From Camelus dromedarius (Eukaryota), in contig NC_087447.1 of the NCBI RefSeq assembly GCF_036321535.1, forward strand, positions 48,486,001-48,550,000: a DNA stretch of 64,000 bases, in the 5' to 3' direction. The notes under the pieces are model-generated. The model saw only the letters and a list, made by a program, of their open reading frames with translations. It was not told the DNA's origin and did not search any database. The position numbers were made by a program, and so were the translations under genes. The number at the start of each line of letters is the position of its first letter. Position 1 is the first letter of the stretch. Positions 52,536-64,000 of the stretch are shown here, in pieces.

Positions 52536-55500
52536 CCTGATTATTGACAGTATACAAAAATGAACTTTTGACCTATTTTTATCCTTCTATGATTCCATTT
52601 TTATATCCCTCTATATCCTATTAAGAAAATATAGCCCAGGTTGTTGTGAGGATTAAATTTTGATGCTTGTAAAGTACCCAGCACAGATACATGTATGTCT
52701 GGTTATTTCATTTAATCCTTCTCATCCTTTTAATTAAACCAGCTTTTCCTTAAACTTAAGAACCATGTGTCAAGATATATTAATATCACTTCAAATTCAG
52801 TTTTCTGTGTTAATCACCTGAACTATATCTTTATTACTAGCTGAGTCTCATCACAGATAGCATTTTAGTGTATTATGGCTGAGTAGACTTGAGAGTAGAG
52901 CTTCCCAGAGAATCTAGCATTGTTTCATAATACCGTTAGTCAGGGGAAATGTACTTCAGTTTTCCCAACAACCTGTTTTTAAGTTGGGGAATATGCTAAC
53001 ATTTTTCTCACTGAAAATTGGGAAATCGTAATCTTTATTGGTAATTAAAGGATTTGTACTTTTGCCTCTTCCCTACCCAGGTCATTGTTTAATAAGAATA
53101 GTACTTCAACTTTTTGTGGTGTTTGGTTTAACAAAATCTTCATATCAGACATAATCTTTATGAATCCTTCCCTGACCTTGTTCCATCTCCATAAGTGCCC
53201 TGAACAAGGTTGAATGTCCTATCTGTGAGCTCTCATGGTATGCTAGGCTTATTTCTGTCGTAACTACTATAGTATACAGTGACTATTTACTTGCCTATTT
53301 CCCTCCAGGCATGAGTTCTTTGAAGTCAAGAACCAAGTTTTATTCATCACTGGAATTTTGGGCCTGCTGATTTCCAGCAGGAAGTGCCCAGGAAGTGTGC
53401 CTGCCATACAGGGCATACCCAGATGTCTCTTTAATTGTGTTAGAATTACATTAACTGTTTGTATAAGCAAGTTGTGACTGGAAAGAATCTCTAACATAAT
53501 TACCCTAAAGATATTTGCTGTTTGTCTTTTATCCTAGATTATCATGGCATTCAGATGAGTCTGGGGAGGGGGTTCTATGGCCATTGGTTCTGAAACACAC
53601 TTCATTAGAGTCTTCTATATGGACTTTATTGGCTTTTAAACTCTGTCCCCAAACCTGCTTATTTTCTTCCCATTGTGAGATGTCTAAGTAGAATAGTTTA
53701 CTGATCACCTGAGTATGGCCACCCACATTGTCCTTATAAGAGTGAACAGTTCTAGTTGGCCTCTGTAAAATACCAAAAAGCCTTGTATTCTGTCTACTTT
53801 TCTTGCTTTCATTACTGAAGTCTCAGGAGTTGTGTTTTTGTTTGAGGCGCAATCATTTTAGTAAAGCTGTCATTGTACTCTTTTTTTCTCTTTACTTTTA
53901 GGGTTTTGGAAAAAGAAGTTATAAATTATGCTGTTCTTATATTGGATGAGTGGTAGAAATAAAATTTAGGAAATTTTCTAACTTGGGTAAAGCAGAATCT
54001 TTATTAACAGAGATACAAGATGACAGTTCTTGTGCTGCAGCAGTCTGTCTTTATCCATCCATTTAAAGCAAAGTATACTTTTGTGTGATCTGACTCAGCA
54101 AGTTGGAAGTTCCCATGGACTAAATGTCTTTATCTGGAAGTGATTTTAAGTGAGGTAAGGTTTCATTCATTTGCTTGAAACTTACTGGCCCATTAGTATC
54201 CCATCCTGTCTAATGCAGGACTGTTGTGTAAAATGCTACTGTTTCCATTTTTGGATTCCATGATGCCCAGTTAACATTCACATCAATGGCCAACCCAGAA
54301 AAGTAATAGGGATAGGATGTAGGATTTTCAAGCACATGGTTAATCAGTATCTAGTAAGTTGAAACTCTTTAAACAGGTCTCCTTTGTTGTCTCTCTTTGA
54401 ATGACATCAGAGAAACTTGAGAATTATCTTTGTTTCTTCCTTCTCACTCAATCTGCTCCCTCCCTCAAATATTATTATTACTATGGTTGTAAACCTTGAC
54501 TTTCTTTTTCGTCTCAGTGGTGCTCAGGCTTGCTACCAGGGCCCTCTACCAGTTGTCCCTACAGCAGGAACCAGTCCTCTTCCATCTCTTCCTGGGGATT
54601 TCTGGGTGCTCGTTGTTAGCTTTGATGATTTTAGGAACAGAGAGAGAACCTGGTATTATTTTGAGAGTAGTATGGAAAACTGATAACAAAGTGACCCTAA
54701 GAATAAGATTCTAGCTAGGCTGAGTTATTTAACCTACCTTTACTTTAGTTTTCTCAATTGCAGAAGAGGAATAATAGTAGCTACCCTAGAGAGTTGTTTT
54801 TGAAATTAAATCACGCACTTACCTCCATTTTCTCCCCAAACCCCATTAAATTATAGTAATGTAATTTGGAAAAAGTAATATAACTGAAGGACAAAGAAGT
54901 GGAGGGAAGATAATATAGCAACAGGATTTAGGAAGATTGCAAATTGAAGAATATTAACTCACTAAAAGAAAGCAAACTGAAAACTACCCACAGGAGAATG
55001 AAAGTGCAAGCTAATCCATATCACAACCCCATACAGGCTCAGGAATTGTAGGTGCTAGGTACCTCTGAAAGGGGGCTAAAAACAGGAGGATTGGTTGACC
55101 CCATTAGACTCCCAGATCTTTTCCTTTCCCTCAACTTATTGAAAATAAATTTCTCAATAATGAGAGACAGGTTAACTTTTGAAGGAATTGAACCAGAGTG
55201 GGTCTGGACTCAGAAATAGTAGGCATATTAGGGCAAAGACAAAGCAACAGGATGAAGCAGGGATTAAATGAAGGTACATATTTTGTCTTCTAAATATATT
55301 CATGGCTTTCTCCTTCACCTTCTTCAGGTCTTTGCTTAAAGATACCTTTCCTGACCACCTGATTTAAAATTACAGTCCTTCCCAACCTGATACTCATTGT
55401 CCCTCTTTCTGGCTTTATTTTTCTCCATGGTAGTTATTGCTACCTTACAAATTTTTGCTTATGTCTCCTACAGTGTTAACACAGGAGTAGGGGGTTTTGT

Positions 55501-56574
55501 CTTTTTTTTTGTTTAGTGCAGTATTCCCAGTGCCTAAAATAGTATCTTGTAGGTGCTCAGTGAGTATTTGTTGAATGAGTGAACAAATGAGATTATTCAG
55601 ATCCTTTTCCCAAAGACTCACAGCTAGTCTTAAGTCTTCAGGTGGGAGCTTGGAGGATTTCTTCCTGGAGAAATGACTGGCCTAAAAGAAAAGACATGCA
55701 GATATTGATATTTGGGGGAAGAGTCCCCCATTTAAAAGGCTGGGCCTCTACTTGATAACTGTACAGTGGTATTCAATAGTCAACAAACCTGCTTTCTCAC
55801 AGTATCACCAGGGAAAGCATCTAACACAAAAGATGGAGACCAAAACAAAATGAGAAAAGAAAATAATAATACATATTATTATATGCATTATTAATTATAT
55901 ATTATATGAATTATTTAAAATAATGTGTATTATTAAAATGAAAGTACTGAAAAAAAACTAATATCTTTTGTCAGAGACAAGAAAGAACATGGCATCTGTG
56001 AAACAAGAACAGGATGCTCTTTTTTTTTTTTTTTTTTTTAACAAAAAAGGGAACCTTGTTTCAGAGAACAAAATATATATGTTGGGAATGAAAACATGTA
56101 TAATTGATATAAATTCAATAGAAGAGAAAGTTTAAAGACTCCCCTGGAAAGCTGTTCTACTTCAAGATTAAAATTTAGAAATATAGGGGATTTAAAGATT
56201 CTTAAAAAATCTCTACAGCAGTACTTTATTAGAAGTTGATAGAAAAATACCCTAAATTTTGAGAAAGAGTAGCTAACCTAAAATTGTTTCGGCTAATATT
56301 TGCCTACTGTGTCTTTGTCTGTCTTTATTTTGGAACTTCTGGTCTCTTTTAAATAGTATATAGCTGGAATCAAAAAAAAAAATCTCATTTGAGGATATTT
56401 CAGACCTAGAGTATTCTTGATACTATCCTTTATATCTATCCTTGATATATTTGAATTTATTTCTGCCATCTTATCTTGTTTGTGTCATCTGACCTGTGTT
56501 TCTTTTTCTCATTCCATTTTTTTTCTCTATTAGTGTAGTAATGATACAATCTATTTTTGAATGCTCACCTTATC

Positions 56575-58440
56575 ATTTTTTGGTAACAACTTTATTGAGA
56601 TAGAATTTACATATGATACAACTGACTCATTTAGAGTATACAATCAATTTTTTTAGCGTATTCCCAGAATTTTGCAACCATTACCACAATTGATTTAGAA
56701 CAAGTTCAGCACCCCAAAAAAGAAACTTTATACCCATTGGCATTAGCCCTGCTTTTTCCAAACCTCTGAGCCTTACACAGCCAATCTATTTTCTGTCTCT
56801 ATAGATTTACCTAATCTGGACATTTACAACAAATGGAATTATACAATAAATGTGATCTTTTGTGATTGTTATTGCTAATATAATATTTTCAAGGTTCATC
56901 TATTTTGTAGCATGTTATAATACTTTATTCTTTTTTATTGCCAAATCATACTCCAGTACATGGATATATACCACATTTTATTTATCCATTCAATAACTGA
57001 TGGACATTTGAGTTGTTTAAACTTTTTAACTATTAACAATGCCACTATGAGCATTCATATACAAGTTTTTATGTAGACATATGTTTTCATTTCCCTTGGG
57101 TGTACCTAGGCATGGAATTGCTAGATCATGTGGTTTCTCTCTGTTTAACTTTTTGAGGAACTGATGAACTGTTCTCCAAAGCAGCTGTACCATTTTATAT
57201 TCCCATCAGCAAAGTATGTGGGTTCAGAGTCTCTACATTCTTGCCAACACTTGTCATTGTCAGTCTTTTTTTGTTTACAGCCATCTCAGTAGTGTGAAGT
57301 GATTCTTTGTTGTGATTTTGATTTGCATTTCCCTAATAACTAATGATGCTGAATATCTTTTTATGTGCTTATTGGCCATTTGTATATCATCTCTGGAGGA
57401 GTGTCTATTCAAATCCTTTACTCATTAAAAAAATTGGGTTGTCTTTGTATTGAGTTATAAGAGTTCTTTATATATTCTAGATACAAGTTCCTTAGATCTA
57501 TTTGCAAGTATTTTCTTGCATTCTGTGGGTTGTCTTCATGTTTTAATGGTGTCCTTTGAAGCACAAACATTTTTAATTTTTATAAAATTCAATTTATCTA
57601 TTTTTTTCTTGTGCTTTTGGTATCATAGCTGAGAAGTCATTGCCTAACCCAGGTTTGTGAAGATTTATGCCTATGTTTTCATCTTAGAGTTTTATAGTTT
57701 TAGCTCTTACATGTAGGTCTGTGATCCATTTTAAGTTAATTTTTGTGTATGATGTGAGGAATGGGATCAGCTTCATTCTTCTGCATGTGGATACCCATTG
57801 TCCTGGCAGCATTTATTGAAAAGACTCCTCTTTCCCCATTGAAGTATCTTGGCACGCTTGTCAAAATTAATTGACCACACATGCGTGGGTTTATTTCTTA
57901 ACTCAGTTCTATACCATTTATTTGTATATCTGTCAGTGTCACACTGTATTTATTGCTATAGCTTTAGGAAGTGAGTCTTGTAACCTTGTTTTTCATTAAA
58001 ACTTGTTTTGACTATTCTGGGTCCCTCAAATTTCCATATTAATTTTAGGATTAGCTTGTCAATTTCTGCAAGGAAGTTAGGTGCAATTTTGATAGTTACT
58101 AGTTTGAATCTGTTAAAATGTAAAGCCATTTTAACAATATTACATCTTCTAATCCATGAATATGCGATACCTTTCTATTTATTTATGTCTTCTAAAATTT
58201 ATTTCAGCAATGTTTTATAATTTTCTGTGTACAAGTCTTGCATTTCTTTGGTTAATTTATTCCTAAATATTTTATCAACGCTATTGTAAATGGAATTGTT
58301 TTCTTAAATTCATTTTTAGATTGTTCATTGCAAGTATATAGAAATACAATTGATTTTTGTATATTAATCTTGTATTCTGCAACTTTACTGAACTTATTTA
58401 CTAGTTCTTATAGTTTTTTAATGGAGTCCTTAGGATTTTG
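56575..58440 (-). mobile_element. Old L1 (L1MB-like) 3' portion
   Basis: Continuous antisense L1 3'UTR and ORF2-end motifs (ctttattgagata, ttgatttgcatttccctaat, gctattgtaaatggaattg). Confidence 0.8.
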
Positions 58441-58537
58441 ACCTAAACGTTTTAACATGCATACTTAATATATAAAAGGACAAGTTGAATCAATATTTTT
58501 GCCATTCTTCTCAAATAATACAAAGTCTTTAGAAACA

Positions 58538-58665
58538 TGTGGCAGACAGAACAATGATATCTGAAGGATACTTGGGTTCGATCACTGGAACCTGTGAATA
58601 TATTATTTTACATGGCTGAGGAGAATTAAGGTTACATATGGAATTAAGGTTGCTTGTCAGCTGAT
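58538..58665 (+). mobile_element. 5' fragment of an MLT1 LTR, cut by the L1 at 58666
   Basis: tgtggcagacagaac..ctggaacctgtgaatat..ggaattaaggttgct..cagctga. Confidence 0.7.
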
Positions 58666-61087
58666 TTTATTTTTTAACACCTTTATTATGGCATGATTCC
58701 TGTACAGTAAACTACACATATTTCAGATGTACAATTTGATGAATTTTGATAGATGTATACACCCATGAAACCACCACCACAATCAAGATAACTAACATTT
58801 CAAATGTGAAAATGGGTATATGTGAGTATATGAGGGACTGGGACATTGTGCTGTACACCACAAATCGACACATCGTAATTGCCTGTACTTCAATTAAAAA
58901 AACAAGATGAATTTTGACGGTGAGGTATAGCTCAGGGTGAACGCATGCTTAGCATGCCAAAAAAAAAAAAAAAAAAAAGATAGCTAACATTTCCATCATT
59001 CCCCAAGAGGTGCAAATTTTGAATTTCCAATTTATCTCTTCGCAGACTTTTTACCCTGTGGTAACCATAAGTTTGTTCTCTATGTTTGTGAATCTGTTTC
59101 TGTTTTGTAGATAAGTTCATTTGTGTCCTTTTTTTTTAGATTCCACATATAAGCAATATCATATGGTATTTTTCTTTCTTTTTTTGGCTTATTTCACTTA
59201 GAATGACAGTCTCCAGGTCCATCCTGGTTGCTGCAAATGGCATTATTTTATTCCTTTTTATGGCTCCATTCTCTGTCGCTTGCTCTCACGTGCTCGCTCT
59301 CTCTCTCTCTATATATATATAAAATTTCTTGTTTATTTAGTCATCTGTTGGTGGACATTTGGGTTGTTTCCATGTAAATAGTGCTGCTGTGAACATTGGG
59401 GTGCATGTGTCTTTTCAAATTATATTTTCCTCCAGATACATGCTCAGGAGTGGCATTGCTGGATCATATGGCAAGTCTATTTTTAGTTTACTGTCTTCTG
59501 TAGTGGCTGCACCAGTTTACATGCCCACCAACAGTGTAGGAGGGTTCCTTTTTCTGCACACCTTCTGCAGCATTTATCATTTTTGGACTTTTTAATTATA
59601 GCCATTCTGACTGGTGTGAGGTGATATCTCATTGTAGTTTTGATTTGCATTTCTCTAACAATTAGCAATGTTGAGCATCTTTTCATGTATTTGCTGTTTA
59701 TGTATTTTGGAAATTAGTCCCTTGTTGGTCACATCATTTGCAAATATTTTCTCCCATTCTGTAGGTTGTCTTTTCGTTTTGTTGATGGTATCCTTAGCTG
59801 TGCAAAAACTTTTAAGTTTATTTAGATCCCATTTGTTTATTTTTGCTTTTGGTTCTATTACTTTAGGAGGTGGTTCAAAAAAATTGCTGTGATTTATGTC
59901 GAAGAGTGTTCTGCGTATGTTTTCCTCTAGGAGTTTTATAGTATCTGGTCTTACATTTAGGTCTTTAATCCATTTTGAGTTTATTGTTGTATATGGTGTT
60001 AGAGAATGTTCTTATTTCATTCTTTTACAGGTAACTGTCCAGTATTCCCAGCACCACTTATTGAAGAGACTGTCTTTTCTCCATTGTATATTCTTGCTTC
60101 TTTTGTCATAGATTAATTGACCATAAGTGTGTGGGTTTATTTCTGGGCTTTATATCCTGTTCTATTGATCTATATTTCTGGTTTTATGCCAGTATCATAC
60201 TATTTGATTACTGTAGCTTTGTAGTATAGATGATTATATGGTTTTTATTCTTTAGTTCATTGATGTGGTATATCACACTGATTGATTTGTGGATATTTTT
60301 TAATCCTTGCATTCTTGAAATAAATCCCAGTTGGTCATGATGTATAATCCTTTTAATGTATTGTTGGAGTCGGTTTGCTAGTATTTTATTGAGGATTTTT
60401 GCATTTACTGTGTTCATTGGTGATATCAGCCTGTAATTTTCTTTTTTTCTGATATCTTTGTCTGGTTTTAATATCGGTGATGGTGGCCTCATAGAATGAG
60501 TTCAGAAATGTTCCTTTCTCTGCAGTTTTTTAGAATAGTTTCAGAAGGGTGGGTGTTAACCCTTCTCTAAATGTTTGGTAGAATTTACCTATGAAGCCAT
60601 CTGGTTCTGGACCTTTGTTCATTGGGAGTTTTTAAATTACTGATTCAATTTCAGTACTGGGTAATTGGTCTGTTCATATTTTCTATGTCTTCCTGGTTCA
60701 ATCTTGAGAGATTATACCTTTCTAAGAGTTTGTCTATTTCTCTTAGGTTGTCCATTTTATTGGCATATAGCTGCTTATAGTAGTCCCTTATGATCCTTTG
60801 TATTTCTGTGGTATTGGTTGTAACTTCTTTTTTCTGATCACTGAAGATGAAATTAAAAAATACCTTGAGACCAGTGAAAATGAAAACAAGATCATCCAAA
60901 ACCTATGGGATGCAGCAAAAGCAGTTCTAAGAGGGAAGTTTATGGCAATATAGGCTTACCTCAGAAAACAAAAAACTCAATCTAATCTTACACCTAAACC
61001 AACTAGAGAAAGAAAAACAAACAAAACCCAGTTTGCAGAAGGAAATAAATCATAAAGATCAGAGCAGAAATAAATGAAATAGAGACT
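58666..61087 (-). mobile_element. L1 with 5' inversion (60836-61087 on +), internal deletions and a nested insertion
   Basis: ORF2 remnants [35 protein letters not shown] (60208..60492), [17 protein letters not shown] (60651..60899), [19 protein letters not shown] (59483..59686). Confidence 0.88.
58802..58978 (+). mobile_element. Composite insertion: L1 3' terminus + linker + 5' half of SINE + poly(A)
   Basis: 17-bp TSD aagata(a/g)ctaacatttc at 58785-58801 and 58977-58993. Confidence 0.85.
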
Positions 61088-61589
61088 TACATATTTGTGT
61101 ATTTTTTACACACACATACATGTAATTTTAACCAGTTGTTGTAACCAAAGTTGTATCCTTTAAGGTACCTAGTTATTGTTGATGGAAACAGTCCCTGACA
61201 TAAAATTTCAGTACCAAAGAAAGCTGTCAGTCAAGTGTAAAAATGGGTAACAGCATCTTCTGACATGCAGAGTTTCAAAATTAATTCCCTTTTCTCAGGA
61301 AGCTAATGAAGGATGTGTTCCACCAAAAGAAGAAAGTGCATCAAGAAAAATATGGGATATGGGAATGAGGGATCCAACACAGGAGGAAAGCAAGGGGAAT
61401 TCCCAGGATGATGCTGAAATGACATGAATTTATCCTTTTCAGAGAGCAAGCATTCCAATTTGGAGCAGATGAATAGAAGGTGCCAGAAAAGGGAATTTCC
61501 AAAGAAAAAATGAACCTGATACATCATCTAATGTTATTGACCTTTTTAAGAGAAGTTTTACAGATTTCTCAAAAGTTTTTTTTTAATTT

Positions 61590-63220
61590 AAAAATGTTTA
61601 ATTATGAAATATACATAAAATTTAAAATATATATATACAGGTTAAAGAAGAATAAAATAAATTCCCATATGTTTACCACCTAGCTGATAATATAGAACAT
61701 TATCAGCATTTTAGAAGCCCATTTGCCTCTCCCCAAGAGCATTCCCACTCCCCACAATCTTGAATTGCACATTTATCATTCCCTTGCTTTTTTTCTTAAA
61801 TAGTTATACCATGTACTTATGTGTTCAGAAAAAGATATTATTTAGTTTTGCCTGTTTTTGAACTTTATCATTAATAGAATCATACTGCATTTATTCTGTG
61901 CTTATTTCTTCCTCTAAATATTATATTTTTGAGATTCATTTGTGTTATTTCATGTGATTCTAGCATATCCATTTTCACATCTGTGCTGTATTCAGCTGTC
62001 AGAGTATATTATAATTTGTACATTCCACTGATAGTAAACATTTAGCTTGCTTGTTATTATTCTTTGCTTTTATGGAAATGCTTCCATGAACTACTAAATC
62101 GAAGCACACCAGTTCAGTTTTACCAGGTGATGCTTCAGTTTACACTCCCACCAGCAATGGATGCCAGCTCCATTTGATACAGATCCTCCCCAAATACCTG
62201 GTAATGTCTGGCTTCTTATATTTTGTCAACATGCCGGGTATGAAATGATACCTTATTGTGATTTAAAATTTTATGTCTTTTGGAGTGAGTCCATTTTCCT
62301 TGGTTTCTCCCCTCTATACATGTTATTAAGCTCTGATTTCCTTTTGTTTAAAAAAAATTGTCTCTTGACAGTGAATGAAATTGGGACCCTTTTAATATGT
62401 TTGTAGGCTGTTTGTGTTTCTCCTTTTGTGAAATGCTTGTTGATGTCTTTTGTCTATAAAAAAAAATTTGAGAAGCACTTAGTGATAGTTCAATAGAAAA
62501 CTAAGCAAATAAAACAAAGGACAATGATTAATTCTGGAAAAAAGTAAGAAGTTGTATAATAAAGAAAATATAGTCAGTATACTATGTGGCTTAGCTGTGA
62601 ACAGTATTTCTGTAATAACTAGCATTTATGAAGTACTTATTATATGCCTATTTGTAATCATACCTCAGAGCTTACAGTTGAGGAAATTGAGGCAGAGATA
62701 ACTTGTTAATGATCACAAAGCTTATAATTATTGGAAATAAAATTTAACCTAAGAAAATTTATACATAGCCATACTATAAAAACTATATATAATTTTAAAG
62801 AATAGTTTTAATTTTGGCTAAGTCCAACTCCTAAATCTTTTATCATTTCTGCTATTGGTGCTGTAGCTAAGAAACTGTGGCCCAACCCAAGGTCACAAAC
62901 ATTTACTCCTGTGTTTTCTTCTCAGAGTTATAAAGTTTTAGCTCTTACGTTTAGGTTTATGATCCACTTTGATTTAATTATGTATGTAGTGTGAGGGTCC
63001 AGCTTCTCGTACTTTTTGCATGAATACTTTTGCAGTTGTCCTAACACCATTTGTTGGGAGGACTGTTCAGTGAATTGTCTTGGTCCCTTTGTTGAAAATC
63101 TATTGACTATAAAGGTTAGAGTTTATTTCTGGAGTCTCAGTTCTATTCGGACTGAATGTTAGAATATATGTCTACTCATGCTTGTACCACAGTCTTGATT
63201 AATGTAGCTTTGTAGTATCC
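61590..63220 (-). mobile_element. Old L1 fragments (L1MC/ME-like) with an interspersed MIR
   Basis: gttttgcctgtttttgaacttta, ttacactcccaccagcaatg, gttttagctcttacgtttagg motifs; boundaries approximate. Confidence 0.6.
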
Positions 63221-64000
63221 TTTTACTGGAAGCCTTATCAAGACTCAGTAAGGAGGATTCTTTTTATTAGCCTCAAAGGATAATAATAGTACAATAATGA
63301 CAATAAACATTTACTGAGACACTGAGCTAAGTACTTTATGCACATTAATTCATTTCATACTGTCAGCAGATGATCATAACTGTGTCAGACTTTGAGAGTA
63401 CAATGGTGAACAAATGGAGAATATTCTTGGTTTCATGGATCTCAAACATTAGTAGCAAATTAGGTGCAGTGACTGGAGGATAATAACAAATATAGGAACA
63501 AACTAATTTTAGAAAATGATTAGTTCTATGACAAAAATAGAACAAGCTAATTTGAGAGTAACCAAGGGATAAGGCTACTTTAATCCTTATAACAACCCCT
63601 AAAAGACTGATCTTATGACCCTATCTGACATGAAGAAACTCAGGCTTGGAGAAGTTAAGTGACTTGCCCAAGGTCACACAATTAATAAAGGCAGAACTAG
63701 GTTATGAAATCAAACCTTTGGTCACTAGTAAATGTAAAATTAATTTAGGTTCAGGAAGTTTTAAGGGTACAGTATCCTCTCATTCTTTTCTCCATCTTTA
63801 AAAATTGTCCTCTTTCTGCTGGAAATAGGTTAAGTTCAAAGTATAGGCCAAGAACTCTTAATTTGGAATTCTTGGATGGATTTCTTGAAGCTAGTGGAAT
63901 TATGTACAAAATATAAACGTATGCATTTTTTTTCTAGAGTGAGGGTTCATAGTTCATCAGATTCTGAACAGGGTCTGTGACGCTAGCAAAGGGTCCATAA

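Noticed and set aside
54417..54683. ORF ending TWYYFESSMEN, resembling PME-1 exon 2 (WSQYFESMED)
   Set aside because: No PGRKRDFSPVP upstream, a stop follows immediately, and there is no matching exon structure; best explained as coincidence

Overview
Mammalian genomic DNA, most likely camelid. The species call is inferred from several tRNA-Ala-derived Vic-1-type SINEs. The window holds the 5' part of C2CD3 on the minus strand: coding exons 1-13 (41105 down to 551), 2073 nt or 691 codons, all GT-AG and phase-consistent, continuing off the left edge. C2CD3 is head-to-head with PPME1 on the plus strand (coding exon 1 at 41720-41820; the rest of the window is intron 1). The two genes share a CpG-island bidirectional promoter with 614 bp between start codons. 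Most of the remainder is interspersed repeat (L1, L2, L3/CR1, MIR, MaLR LTR, hAT and Tigger MITEs). I found no new protein-coding system; the other ORFs in the track are repeat-derived or spurious. The best leads are: (1) a strong-Kozak 23-codon uORF whose stop overlaps the C2CD3 ATG; (2) candidate poison exons in both genes; (3) two composite retro-insertions sharing a similar linker, each bounded by one TSD; (4) an L1 with a swapped 3' end, present twice; (5) a MITE nested in inverse orientation inside its own family. Gene and repeat names and human comparisons are recalled, not database results. Boundaries of old repeats are approximate.
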